DNA of 64,000 nt from Octopus vulgaris (GCA_951406725.2 OX597830.1:20708001-20772000); one strand, 5' to 3'. Positions 14,286-29,646 are shown, counted from the first letter of the stretch. The notes: a model not told the origin generated them from the sequence alone. Made by a program: numbers and translations.

Positions 14286-14752
14286 GGTGGTGGTGGTGGT
14301 AGTAGCAGCAGTAGTAGTAGTTAGTAGTAGTAGTAGTAGTAGTAGTAGTTGTAGTAGTAGAAGCAATAGTAGTAGTAGTAGTAGTAGTAGCAGCAGTAGT
14401 GGTGGTGGTGTTTGTGGCTGTAGTAGTAGTAGTAGTAGTAGTATTAATAGTAGTAGTAGATGGTGGTGTTGGTGGTAGTGGTTAGTGAGCCCCGATCGAG
14501 AAGACCTGTGATCACAGATAATCCAATCGTGAACATCACGGCTTTTTAGGGCGATAATGTTTAACCCCTGATGATGATGTTGCAGGTGGTGGTGGTGGTG
14601 GTGGTGGTGGTAGTGGTGGTGGTTTTCGTCTTCATTGTCGTTGTGGCAGAAAAAACGCAACGGAATAAAGGCGGTGGAGAAGGCCTCGGCGGCAGCGGTG
14701 GTGGTGGTGGTGGTGGTGGTGGTGGTGGTGGTGGTGGTGGTGGTGGTAGTTA

Positions 14753-14839
<87 letters not shown>

Positions 14840-15260
14840 CAGTAGTAGTAGTAGTAGTAGTAGTAGTAATGATGGTTGTGGTGGTGGTGGTGGTGATGGT
14901 GGTGGCGGCACTGGCGGCTGTAGGGGGGAAGGGCAGAAGCGGTTGTGGTTTGTGATGGAAGCAACCGAACAGGTGTCAGTCAGCCAGTTAATTGGCTGTG
15001 ACTGATGTAGCTGTGGGAGGTAGAAAGGTGAGAGGGGAGGGGCTTAAATACACACAGGTATGTTGCTAAATACAACAGGTGACACCGAGCGTGTAAACTA
15101 ATCTTATGTATATTTAACGACTTACCTTATCAAATAGAAACCTGCCTAGACACACTGGCAGGCAGGTAAGTTAAAAGCAGGCAGGAGCTAGCTAATTACA
15201 CTGCTTGTTGCTTCTACGTATCATACCTGTTGGTAGTCTTAGCTTACCTGGGCTCTTTAA
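11650..15260. promoter_or_regulatory. Putative cis-regulatory/promoter island rich in CAGGTA/CAGGTG
   Basis: About 16 CAGGTR/YACCTG sites in the unique segments; AGATCAAAG at 12223; ATTGG at 14991, GGGGAGGGGC at 15034, TTAAATA at 15044; consensus donors at 15165/15166 (+) and 13940/13939 (-). Confidence 0.45.
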
Positions 15261-15292
15261 GACATTTATATGTAGTCTTACGTACATTGAGT

Positions 15293-16215
15293 GAAGGCGC
15301 GTGGCTTTGTAGTTACAGTAATCGGCTCATGATTATAATGTCCTGAGTTCGGTTCTCGGCGACGCAATTGTGTCCTTGAAGGCCACTTTATTTCACGTTG
15401 CTCCAGGTTACTCACCTGGCAAAAGTGAATAGTACTTGTATCAAAGGGGTTAGCCTTATCTTTCCTACTCTAGGCACAATGCCCGAAATTTAGGGTAGGG
15501 AGCCAGTTGATTAGAACGACCCCAGTACGCAACTGGTACTTAATTTATTTACTTCGAAAGGATGAAAAGCAAAGTCAACCTCGGCGGAATTTGAACTCAG
15601 AACATAAAGGCGGACAAAATATAGCCAAGCAATTCGCCTGGCGTTCTGACGTTTCTTATTTCTTTATTACCCATAAGGGTTGGAACAAAAGATAAAGACA
15701 GGCGAGTGAACAACAAGTACGTGTATAAGATCGCCACTCGGGCAAAATGGGAAAAGTCATTGAGATTTTCGAGCCTACGCTCTTCGACGCAAAGAACTGA
15801 GAGGCAAAAATTAAGAGTGAAAGAAAAAAATGGAGAGAGAAGAAAACGTGTTGGGTCTAACGGTTCAACATGATGAACATATGTATATTTGTATTTATGT
15901 ACATGTGCACCACAAAAGTATATATATGCGTTTATTTCTTTATCACACGGATGTGCGGAAAAGAAAGTTATTTCCAGCCCTGGCCCAACATAGAGGGGAC
16001 AAACAAGGACAGACAAAGGGATTAAGTTGATACCGCTAAGTACTTCGCCCGGCGTGCAAACGTTTCTACCATCTCGTTATCATATTCAGTGCCACGCTAA
16101 ATCTTTCTGAGAACTGCGTTAAGGTTACGATTGTCTGTGGAGTATTCAGCCACTTCCACGTTAGCCTCACGAGCAGGCTGTTCCGTCGATCGGATCGACT
16201 GGAACACTCGTCGAC
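15293..16215 (+). mobile_element. SINE D containing a nested SINE B multimer (-), which itself contains a 300-bp insert
   Basis: D head 15293-15458; B sequence ~15460-15685 and ~15989-16075; D resumes at ~16078; ttatc at both junctions. Confidence 0.75.
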
Positions 16216-16378
16216 TGGCTGCTAGCTGTATATATAATGTCTGTATTGTTGTAAAGTGAAGAGCTGGCAGAATCGTTAGCACGAACGGAGAAAATATTTA
16301 GCGACATTTCTTCAAGCTCATTACGTTCTAAGATCAAAACTTTGACCCGCATTCCTTTGGTGTCGATAAAATAAAGTA

Positions 16379-16549
16379 GGCGTAGGAGTGGCTGTGCGGT
16401 AAGTAGCTTGCTTACCAACCACATGGTTCCGGGTTCAGTCCCACTGCATGACACCTTGGGCAAGTGTCTTCTACTATAGCCTCGGGCCGACCAATGCCTT
16501 GTGAGTGGATTTGGTAGACGGAAACTGAACGAAGCCCATCGTATATATG

Positions 16550-16580
<31 letters not shown>

Positions 16581-16804
16581 GTGTGTATATGCTTGTGTGT
16601 CTGTTTTTGTCCCCCCCCCCAATATCGCTAGATAACCGATGCTGGTGTGTTTACGTCCCCGTAATTTAGTGGTTCGGCAAAAGAGACCGCTAGAATAAGT
16701 ACTAGGCTTACAAATAATAAGTCCTGGGGTCGATTTACTCGACTAAAAGCGCTGCTCCAGCATGGCCACAGTCAAATGACTGAAACAAGTAAAAGAATAA
16801 AAGA
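16379..16804 (+). mobile_element. SINE A, full length
   Basis: ggcgtaggagtggctgtgcggtaag (A-box-like), ggttcagtccc (B-box-like), accttgggcaagtgtctt (CORE-like), tail ending gaaacaagtaaaagaataaaag. Confidence 0.92.
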
Positions 16805-17664
16805 ACAAAGAACCTAAACTGAAAAACTGGCTTTCATTATCCTTACAAAGCGGAAAAAAATTGTCAACAATCAGCTGTTGTAAAGGTAATAATACTCGGG
16901 TTTTCTGCTGCTTTAACGGCGATGTTGCGTTCGGAATATTATTTCCTTGTTTGTATCGTACAATACATATTCGATGCTTCTAAAAAAACAATAAAAAAAT
17001 GTAGGTTGCTTTATATGTACACTCTTGGTTGTAACATAATCTGTCATCATCTGTTATAGACGAGTGGTTAAGTGATACGTCTCACAATCATGGCGTTCCA
17101 GGTTCAATTCCCATGCAAGGTAGATCATTTACTCTTTTATTTGTTTCAGTCATTTGACTGCGAGCATACTAGAGCACCGAACCCTAGCCGAGCAAATCGA
17201 CCCCAGGACTATTCTGCAAACATTATCACCCTAAAACAAAAGACAAGGACAGGAGAGTGAACAACAAGCACGTGTATAAGATCGCCACTCAGGCAAAATG
17301 GAAAAAGTCATTGACATTTCGAGCCTACGCTCTTCAACGCAAAGAACTGAGAGGCAAAAATTAAGAGTGAAGGAAAAAATGGAGAGAGAAGAAAACGTGT
17401 TGAGTTTAACGGTTTAACATGATGAACATATGTATATTTGTATCTATGTACATGTGCACCACAAAAGTATATATGCGTTTATTTCTTTATCACACGGATG
17501 TGCGGAAAAGAAAGTTATTTCCAACCCTGGCCCAATTACCTGAAACACAGTCGACTCCATTAGAGGTACTAAGGTGCCTGATGATGGAGTCAACCCGGAC
17601 GATGGATTGCGGCATTTAAAACTATGACTGCACAGATTCAGGACAAATTACGGAAGCAATGCTT

Positions 17665-18357
<693 letters not shown>

Positions 18358-18495
18358 AAATCAGTTTGATTCAGATTGTAGGCATCTTATAGGAAACTAA
18401 CTCGGCTGGCTTAATTAACCGTTTCGTTTGTCCACTCAACCAGGTATGTCAACATGAGGGTGTGTGTAGTAAGGTGCAGACGTTCTGTGTGGTAA

Positions 18496-18930
18496 GCGTA
18501 GGAGTGGCTGTGAAGTAAGGCGCAAGCGGGACAGTGTGGTAAGAAGCTTGCTTTCCGACCACATGGTTCCGGGTTCAGTCTCCCTGCGTGACACCTTTGG
18601 CAAGTATCTTCTTTTATAAACTATAGCTAACCAAAGCCTTATAAGTGGATTTCGTAGACGGAAACTGAAAGAAGCCCGTCGTCTGTATATGTATATATAT
18701 ATATATATATTGGTATGTGTGTGCCTTTGCGTCTATGTTTGTCCCCCCGCCATCGCTTGAGGACCGATGGTGGTGTGTTTACGTGCGCGTAACATAGCGG
18801 TTCAGCAAAAGAGTCCGATAGAATGAATACTAAGTTTACAAAGAGGTCGATTTCTTGGACTAAAACCCTTCAAGGCGGTGCTCAAACATGGCCGCAGACA
18901 AGTGACTGAAACAAGTAAAAGCATAAAAGA
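18496..18930 (+). mobile_element. SINE A
   Basis: Head, (AT)n spacer and tail present. Confidence 0.85.
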
Positions 18931-18931
18931 C

Positions 18932-18993
<62 letters not shown>

Positions 18994-19074
18994 TATATAT
19001 ATATATATATATATTTCGTTTTTGGGATTTGGTTTGCAAGGTTCTTTATATGAGTTCGTGTGTTGAAGCATGTT

Positions 19075-19159
19075 CTGTTGTGTCTGGGGAGAGTCATATT
19101 TTCTTTTTGTGTGTTATATTATAAGGCACAAAAAGAAAATGACTTTCCCAGACACAACA

Positions 19160-19160
<1 letters not shown>
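19075..19160. repeat. Short inverted repeat (foldback/MITE remnant)
   Basis: ctgttgtgtctgggga..agtca..ttttctttttgtg pairs with cacaaaaagaaaatgact..tcccagacacaacag. Confidence 0.8.
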
Positions 19161-19214
<54 letters not shown>

Positions 19215-19219
<5 letters not shown>

Positions 19220-19620
19220 CGGGAAGGTTTATGAAAATAAACAAAAGACGAAGGCAGGTGGAGTACAAACAAACAAATGTATTAGTATGGCGCTCAGGAA
19301 TAGAAATAGAACAAGTCTTTTACGTTTCGAGCCTACGCTCTTCGACAGAAAGGGACACAGAAGAAAAAAAAACAAGAAGAGAAACGAGAGAAAAAATGCG
19401 TGTAGGAGCTAACGATCTATCAGGTTCAAATGTATAGAGAACAAAAGAAGACAGAAGCAGGTGATGGAACAACAAGCAGGGGTATTGGTTTGACGCTTGA
19501 GAAAAAGCAAAATGTCTTTAACGTTTCGAGACTAGGCTCTTCGTCAAAGAGGAATAAGGAGGGGAAAATGGACAGATAGTGAAATAGAACGGAAAAAAAG
19601 AAATGTCAGGGATAATGGGT
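19215..19620 (-). mobile_element. Two tandem copies of the hammerhead-like ~200-bp repeat
   Basis: Motifs at 19316-19352 (rc cttt CTGTCGA agagcgtaggctc GAAACGTA aaag) and ~19514-19550 (rc TTGACGA agagcctagtctc GAAACGTT aaaga). Confidence 0.65.
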
Positions 19621-19787
19621 TCACATACATATACATGCATGACACACACACACATATGTACTTATGCATATATTCATATATACACACACACATACACATA
19701 TATGCATACATGTGTTGATGTATAAATATGTATATCTCCAAACTTATGTAGGTATATATACATATATATACATATACACATACATAC

Positions 19788-19828
<41 letters not shown>

Positions 19829-20199
19829 TACACACATACATACAAGCACACACACGCTTATACGTGCAGACACACGCAACTATATAGTACTATAGAAGGA
19901 AGTCCGTCGTGCATTAATTTAATTAAATAGTTTCGGAATAAATTTATCTATTTTGTTTCAATTCTTTTTTTGTGTTTGTTTGTTTTTTTTCTTTCTTTCT
20001 TTCTTTAATCTGTGATTTTTGTAACTATGGAGACTACTCGAATGGAACTGTGACGACAATGAAAAAATGTTCCCTAGGATCTAACGAGCTATCAGGTTCT
20101 TTTGTTTAAGACACGCACATGGAGCTCAAAATACTGGATATGTGATACAATAGCAATCTCGTTATGCAAATATGTGTATGCAGCATGTATGTATATACA

Positions 20200-20277
<78 letters not shown>

Positions 20278-20606
20278 TATTTATATGAACGGTTTTCTAT
20301 CCATCTAAGCATACACATTTTCGAAGATGAGGATGCAGGTATTTGCTCAACTATATTATCTGTTCATTGAAATTTGCATATCTGAGGCAGAGCACTACAT
20401 AAACACGTATACACATATATGCATACATGTGTTGACGTATAAATATGTATATCTCAAACTTATGTACAGGTCTATATACATATATATACATATACACATG
20501 TACATTTCCATTTGCATAGTGTACGAGTGTCACTCGGATTAAAAAGGGGTTTAGACCAAGTTGCACTGTTGTCTGAGAGGCAACCATCTCAACTATTCGG
20601 CATACA

Positions 20607-20647
<41 letters not shown>

Positions 20648-20816
20648 ATGTATAAGGATATAGACATGTATATGTGTGTGTGTGTGTTTATATACATATA
20701 TATATATCTATGTAAATGCATGTATTTATATATCTATGCTTGTATATATATGTATGTATGTATATATATATCACCACCCCTGCATTAATGTATTATACAT
20801 ATAGGCCATACGTATG

Positions 20817-20847
<31 letters not shown>

Positions 20848-20852
20848 GTATT

Positions 20853-20899
<47 letters not shown>

Positions 20900-21115
20900 C
20901 ATATATATACATGTATATATATATATATATAAATACATGAATGCATAGGCATATATATATTATATTTATGCTTATATGTATGTGTATATATATATAGTGT
21001 GTATATATATATACACATATACACACATATATGCTTTTGTAAATATACGTATAAATGCATATATATATATATATATATATGTACATATATACACATGTAT
21101 ATATATACATATAAA

Positions 21116-21157
<42 letters not shown>

Positions 21158-21357
21158 TATATACATATGTATACATATATATATATGTACATATATAGAT
21201 ACATACATATATGCATGCATATATATACGTTCATAAATATACATATATACAGTCAGGTAGATACATATAAGTATATATTATGTATAATGTATACATGTTT
21301 GTGTGTCAGAGTGTGTGTGTGTATTATGTGTGTACGTATTATATATGTACATATGTG

Positions 21358-21407
<50 letters not shown>

Positions 21408-21638
21408 TACATTATATACACATATATGTATATTTTAAACATTTATAAATAAACACATAGATGCGTATATATGAATTTAGGTACGTACAGAAGTATGTAT
21501 GTGTGTGTGTATACGCATGCACGGATCTATAATGTATGTATATAAACAATGTAACCTGCGTATATAAACACAGTCCGTGTTAATTTTCATAGTTTTTATT
21601 AAAAACATAATGACATTATGTCTCAGTAATCAGTCAAC

Positions 21639-21658
21639 AGGTCAAATGTCAAAGGTCA
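21639..21658 (+). promoter_or_regulatory. Tandem nuclear-receptor DR1-like element AGGTCA-a-ATGTCA-a-AGGTCA
   Basis: Three half-sites spaced by 1 nt in a unique-sequence island. Confidence 0.4.
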
Positions 21659-21892
21659 TTTCACTAACACTCGTGTCTGCTCGACCTGTACTAATAGAGG
21701 ATACATAAGACCACCTAGGATTACGCTGCGTCTGCGTGCATACTCACGAATAAGCACAAACGCACAGACACACCCACCCTCAATACACAATATGTATATA
21801 TGGTTGTACATGTATGTGTATGCACGTATATAGATAGATAGGTATGCATAAATGTATACACACACAAACACACAGAAACACACACACACATA

Positions 21893-22041
21893 TACGACAG
21901 GCTTCTTTCAGTTTCCGTTTACCAAATCCACTCACAAGGCTTTGGTCGGCCCGAGGATATAGTAGAAGACACTTGCCCAAGGTGCCATGCAGTGGGACTG
22001 AACCCAGAACCATGTGGTTGGGAAGCAAGCTACTTACCACA
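21893..22041 (-). mobile_element. SINE A head
   Basis: gcttctttcagtttccg...aagcaagctacttaccacac. Confidence 0.85.
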
Positions 22042-22259
22042 CTTTACCTATATTGAGAAATATATATTTACATATATATGTATGTACATATAGTTACACA
22101 CACGCACACACACACGCACACACACATACACACACGCATACACACATATGTTATCGTGCATATACATGAATATAGTCACGCATATACGTACATACACTCA
22201 GATACATACATAGAATACACATACATATATACATCCTTGTATACACTTTTGTGTATAAA

Positions 22260-22305
<46 letters not shown>

Positions 22306-22792
22306 TATGTATGAGTGTATATGTCTGTGTGTTTGTGTAAATATTTGACACTGAGACTTGTTATTAACACTAAATCTGCGTCTTTGTGTTTCCGATGTTT
22401 TGATGACGACGATGACGACGATTGATGATGATATATGTTTTATTACCGCTTTTGTTGTGACGATCTTAGTACTTAGTCTTATCAGTCTCTTTACTATGAG
22501 GGGGCTTTTACACACAGACATACAAACACACACATGCATGGATATTATACACATATACAGTCAACAGACCTGTCAGAATCATCGATTGCAACAGACAGGT
22601 GGGTAGGAAGGCTCGCATACAGACAGAACCATATTTCCGCCAGTTTTGACATCATTTATGACATAGAAACGTAAACGTCAGAAGAACCACAAGCTCCACC
22701 ACACAAACACTGCATATAACATATATACACACACATAAGCATATATACAGACAGGTGGATAGAGGCAGAGACACACAGACATATATGTAGGT

Positions 22793-22818
22793 AACAACAA
22801 ACATACACAGTATACAGA

Positions 22819-22871
<53 letters not shown>

Positions 22872-23249
22872 CATACATACATACATATGTACATATAATA
22901 CATTCATATATACACATATATATATACATGCACAATCATGCAGCGATTTACAGGCTAAAAACATACGCACCCATATATATACAAACATATATACATATAT
23001 ACACAGATCCACTCACACACACACACACACACATGCACACATCTACAAACACTAACCAGTTATAATACACACACATACACACAGAGAGACACACCATCAG
23101 GTCTCGATAGGTCTCGATACATACGTTTATGCATATATGCGGACACTGACCTAGAGACACAGAAATGCATAATGGACAGACAGAGAGGAGAGAGGCAGAG
23201 AAATACACAGAAATATATTTAGGCTAACAACAAACATATAAGTAAATGA

Positions 23250-23306
<57 letters not shown>

Positions 23307-23531
23307 CATACATACATACATATGTACATATAATACATTCATATATACACACATATATACATGCACAATCATGCAGCGATTTACAGGCTAAAAACATACG
23401 CACCCATATATACAAACATATATACATATATACACAGATCCACTCACACACACACACACACACATGCACACATCTACAAACACTAACCAGTTATAATACA
23501 CACACATACACACAGAGAGACACACCATCAG
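22793..23531 (+). repeat. Local direct duplication, ~430-bp period
   Basis: 22793-23101 matches 23226-23531 (gcacaatcatgcagcgatttacaggctaaaaacatacgc...ctaaccagttataatac...caccatcagg). Confidence 0.9.
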
Positions 23532-23535
23532 GGAC

Positions 23536-23577
<42 letters not shown>

Positions 23578-24905
23578 TATAGATAGATAGATAGATAGAT
23601 AGATATACATACATGTATGTATATATATATATATATATACATATATATTTACATATATATATATATATACATTTATATATATATATATATATATACATTT
23701 ATATATACATATATATATATATATGTATATATATACACACACTTTGACACATTTTGAGACATAGCTACTAATCCAGTTACAAAGCACACTATCATGCACA
23801 TATATACACGCATACATCACATACGTATACACACGCATATACACACACTCATATAGTCATATACATACACACACATATACATGTATGTATACATGTCCCT
23901 AAATATATATAAATATATTTATATATATATATTTAGGGACATGTATACATATATGTATATATGTATATACATGTATGTATATACATGTGTGTATATACAC
24001 ATATTTATATATGCTGACTTACCGAAGGGAAAAAATGCCGGTTTATATGGTTGTTGCATGTATGGCAGTCCAACTTTCCTTTCCCATGTTGATATTTAGA
24101 CCAAATGACCACAAACCATTGAGTGGTATCGGTGGTGGCAGAGGTGGTGTTGTTGTTGTTGTAGTTGTTGGCGGCGGTGGTTATGGTGGTGGTAGATGTT
24201 GTAGTGGATGGTGTTGGTGGTGGTGCCCGAGTTGGATTTGTTATTGATGATGTTGGCGGTGGTGGTGGTGGTGGTGGTGGAGGTGGCGGAGGTGGTGGTG
24301 GTGATGGTGGTGGTGGTGGTGGTGGTGGTGGTGGTGGAGGTGGTGGTGGCGATAGCTGCGGTTGTAGTGATAGTGTGGTTATGGTACTGTTTTTTTTGGC
24401 GGTGGTGTGGGTGGTGATGGTCATGGTGGTGGTATCGGGCGCGATGGTGTTGGTGGTGATGGCGGTGGTGGTGGTCGTGTCGATCGTGGTACTGAGGCGG
24501 GGTATGTATGTACAATGGTGCTAGTGTGGGTGTGATGGTTAAGGTGGCGGCGGTGGTATATAATACATAGTGGTAAGGGTGGTAGCGGTGGTGACTGTAG
24601 TGGTAGTGGTGGTGACTGTGGTGGTAGTCGTCGGGTAGGGGGCAGTATGTAATATGTAGTGGTGGGGGTGATAGTGTTATAAGGGCTACGCAGTGCGTAG
24701 TGGTAGTTGTAGTGGTAGTGGTAGTTGGGGTGTATTGGTGGGGGTAATTTTTTGTAAGTAAGTGTATATATTTCTAAGATTCTTTTCAATCATAATCATC
24801 ATCATCATTATCATAACACGCTTCTCTTAGCTCCTTTACCATTCGCTCCCCTTTTCCTCCTCTCTCTCGCGTATATACATATATATATATGTATGTATGT
24901 ATGTG

Positions 24906-24944
<39 letters not shown>

Positions 24945-24971
24945 TGTATGTATGTTTGTATGGATTTATGT

Positions 24972-25013
<42 letters not shown>

Positions 25014-25134
25014 ATGTGTACATATATATACACACACATATACATATATGTATGTATAATATATATATATATATATATGTATGTATATATATATATATAT
25101 GTATGTATATATATATATATATATACATGCATAC

Positions 25135-25176
<42 letters not shown>

Positions 25177-25266
25177 TTACATGTATTTATGTATGTATGG
25201 ATGGATGGATAGATGTATATGAACAAGGCCAGAATGAGAAAGAGAATATGAGATGTGAAGCAAAAA

Positions 25267-25307
<41 letters not shown>

Positions 25308-25370
25308 GTTTATGTATATACATATACATATGTATATGCAGATATATGCATATGTATACATACATACATG

Positions 25371-25406
<36 letters not shown>

Positions 25407-25413
25407 CATATGC

Positions 25414-25578
<165 letters not shown>

Positions 25579-25864
25579 ATATATATGTATATATATATAT
25601 ATTCATTTTATCTTTATACATATATATATATTCGTGTGTGTGTGTGTCTATGTATGTATGTATGTATCTATGTATGGATTGATGCATGGATGTGCGAATA
25701 TCCATATTTGTATATATATGTATATGTGTGTGTGTGCGTGTGTGTGTGTGTGCGGATAAGCATGTATACGCATATATAATAGACGCATGCATATATACAC
25801 AATATTGATATATTGATACATGCACATACACACACTCATATATATATATATATACATACATATA

Positions 25865-25916
<52 letters not shown>

Positions 25917-26316
25917 TGTTTATTTCTCTGTCTTTCTCCGCTTCGCCCTATCTCCCTATCGATCTCTAATATTTAAGCCATCATATACGATGCCAAGAAT
26001 CAACTGAAATTCCCAAGTCAAAATAATCGCGGTGAAGGGGAGGTGCCAGCGTGGAACAAATGGCGGCGGCGGTGGCTCGGTGGCGGTGGCGGTGCCGGTC
26101 CTGGTGGTGACGGCGGCGTGAGTAGAAGAAATGCTTGATGGTAGTGGTGCTCATGGCGGCGACGACTGCGGTGGCGCTAATGGCGGCGGCAACGGTGGCG
26201 GCGGCGGTGGTGGTGGTACCAGTTGCGGTGTCTTAGTGGTGTTCATCTTGCCGGATACGTCGGCGTCGATGGCTTTTTTTATGCATATGCGTGCACTCAC
26301 TCACACACAAACATTT

Positions 26317-26392
<76 letters not shown>

Positions 26393-26433
26393 GCATATAT
26401 ATATACATATACATATATATATATATATATATA

Positions 26434-26593
<160 letters not shown>

Positions 26594-26619
26594 CATATAT
26601 ACATATATATATACATACA

Positions 26620-26655
<36 letters not shown>

Positions 26656-26759
26656 TGTATATATACATATATATATATATCGTGCACGCGCGCATACATA
26701 TTCACACACATAGCTACACGTACATAGACACACTTATGCCCAAACGCACACACGCATAC

Positions 26760-26797
<38 letters not shown>

Positions 26798-27091
26798 ACT
26801 CACAGACATAGGAATAAGTAATGAATATATACTGACGCCTATACATGCATATGCCAAACAAACAAATGCATGTTACTAGGTAACCAGTGCACACATGGAT
26901 AGATATTCACATATGCACACACATGCATCACGTACAGAAGCCATATACATACACTCACAGCCTCATACACACAACCACATGCATAGAGCTATATATACAC
27001 ACGCAACCGGATACACACAGGCACAAACACAATTTGGTTGTCGTAAGATTGATTAAGAGTTGAATTCGGTTTAATGTGTATGTAGATGTGT

Positions 27092-27146
<55 letters not shown>

Positions 27147-27289
27147 GGAAAGAGTGTTAGAGAGAGAGGGGGGAGAGAAAGTGAAAGAGAAAGTAATTGT
27201 GCATGTCAATACGAGCTTGTATTTAAATTTGAACTGCTCGTTATACACACATGCATACATACACATCACAAATATTTATACACATATGC

Positions 27290-27380
<91 letters not shown>

Positions 27381-27475
27381 AATAGTAAAAGAGATAGAGA
27401 GACAGACAGACAGACAGAAAGGCAGACAGAGATAGAGGGAGACAGATAGATAAACAGCTAGATAGATAGATAGAT

Positions 27476-27513
<38 letters not shown>

Positions 27514-27518
27514 GTAGG

Positions 27519-27571
<53 letters not shown>

Positions 27572-27676
27572 GGATGGATGGATGGATGGATGGATGGAGA
27601 GAGAGACAGAGAGAAAGAGAGAGAGAGATAGACAGAGAGACTAACAGACAGAGACTGATAGATATGTAGTCTGTGT

Positions 27677-27710
<34 letters not shown>

Positions 27711-27802
27711 TCAAGTGTGTTTGAAGCATGTTGTGTATGTTTGTAACCCATTGCGGGATAAACGTTACCCCTCCTCCTCACCATTTCACTTTATGTGTGT
27801 GT

Positions 27803-27833
<31 letters not shown>

Positions 27834-27876
27834 AAAGTAATGACAGCTCTCTCTCTCTAGCTCTCCTTCTCTCCTT

Positions 27877-28017
<141 letters not shown>

Positions 28018-28043
28018 TAGATATATATATAGATATATATATA

Positions 28044-28166
<123 letters not shown>

Positions 28167-28600
28167 TACACACACACACACCCATACATATAGATATATA
28201 CATACACCCCAATATACGTACATGTGCTTGTAGATATGTATGCATATGCGTGTGTATATATGTGCGTGTGAGAGAGAGAGAGAGAATGCATATACGCACA
28301 TATAGAAATTCAAATAAACATGGTGAGCATAATTGTGGGTATCTGCATAAGGGTGAGTAGTGTAATCGGGTGGGTATCAAGACTTCTGTATAGAAAAATG
28401 GATATATTTATGAATATCTTTTCTGTCTATCGATCTAACGGTCTCTTCGGTCATCTACGCCGCCAGATATCCTTTTCACGCTAATGTAGCTGTATGTGTG
28501 TGTATGTGTGTGTGCGTGTGTGTAGGTGTGTGTGTATGTGTGTGTGTGTGTGCGTGTGCGTGCGTGTGTATGTGTGCCTGTGCACATATATCTATATCAA

Positions 28601-28675
<75 letters not shown>

Positions 28676-28988
28676 CACACATATATATACATATATATCT
28701 ATATATATATATATATATATATATGCGTGTGTGTATGTGTATGCATCTATGCATAAGGTCTTTATGAATGCGATATGCATGTCTATATGTATTTATAAGT
28801 ATGCACATATACAGATATATATCACTTCTTTAAGCACTAGCACATGCATATATATATGCATGTGCTATATATATACATATGTATATATATATAAATATAT
28901 ACATATCTATACATACATATATATATATACATCTATATATACACATACATACATATATATATACAGACAAACAGACAGACAGACAGGC

Positions 28989-29076
<88 letters not shown>

Positions 29077-29383
29077 CTGGAGCAAGCTCGCATGCAGAGA
29101 AAGGTAGAGTAGGACTCTGAAAATATCTGTGCTTTGGGGATCGAGGAAGAGGAACGGAAAAGGAAAAAAACTAACAGCAAAAATCATGCAATAATAATAA
29201 TAATAATAATAGTAATAATAATAAATATTATTATTATCATTATTATTATTATTATTATTAATAATAATAATTATTATTATTATTATTATTATAATTATTA
29301 TTATAATTATTATTATCATCATCATCATTATTATTATTATTATTATTATTATTAATATTATTATTATTATTATTATTATTATC

Positions 29384-29440
<57 letters not shown>

Positions 29441-29603
29441 GTTATTATCATTAACATCATTATTATTATTATTATTATTATTGTTATTATCATTATCATC
29501 ATCATTATTATTATTATTATCATTATTATTATTATAATTATTATTATCATTATCATCATCATCATTATTATTATTATTATTATTATTATCATCATCATTA
29601 TTA

Positions 29604-29646
<43 letters not shown>

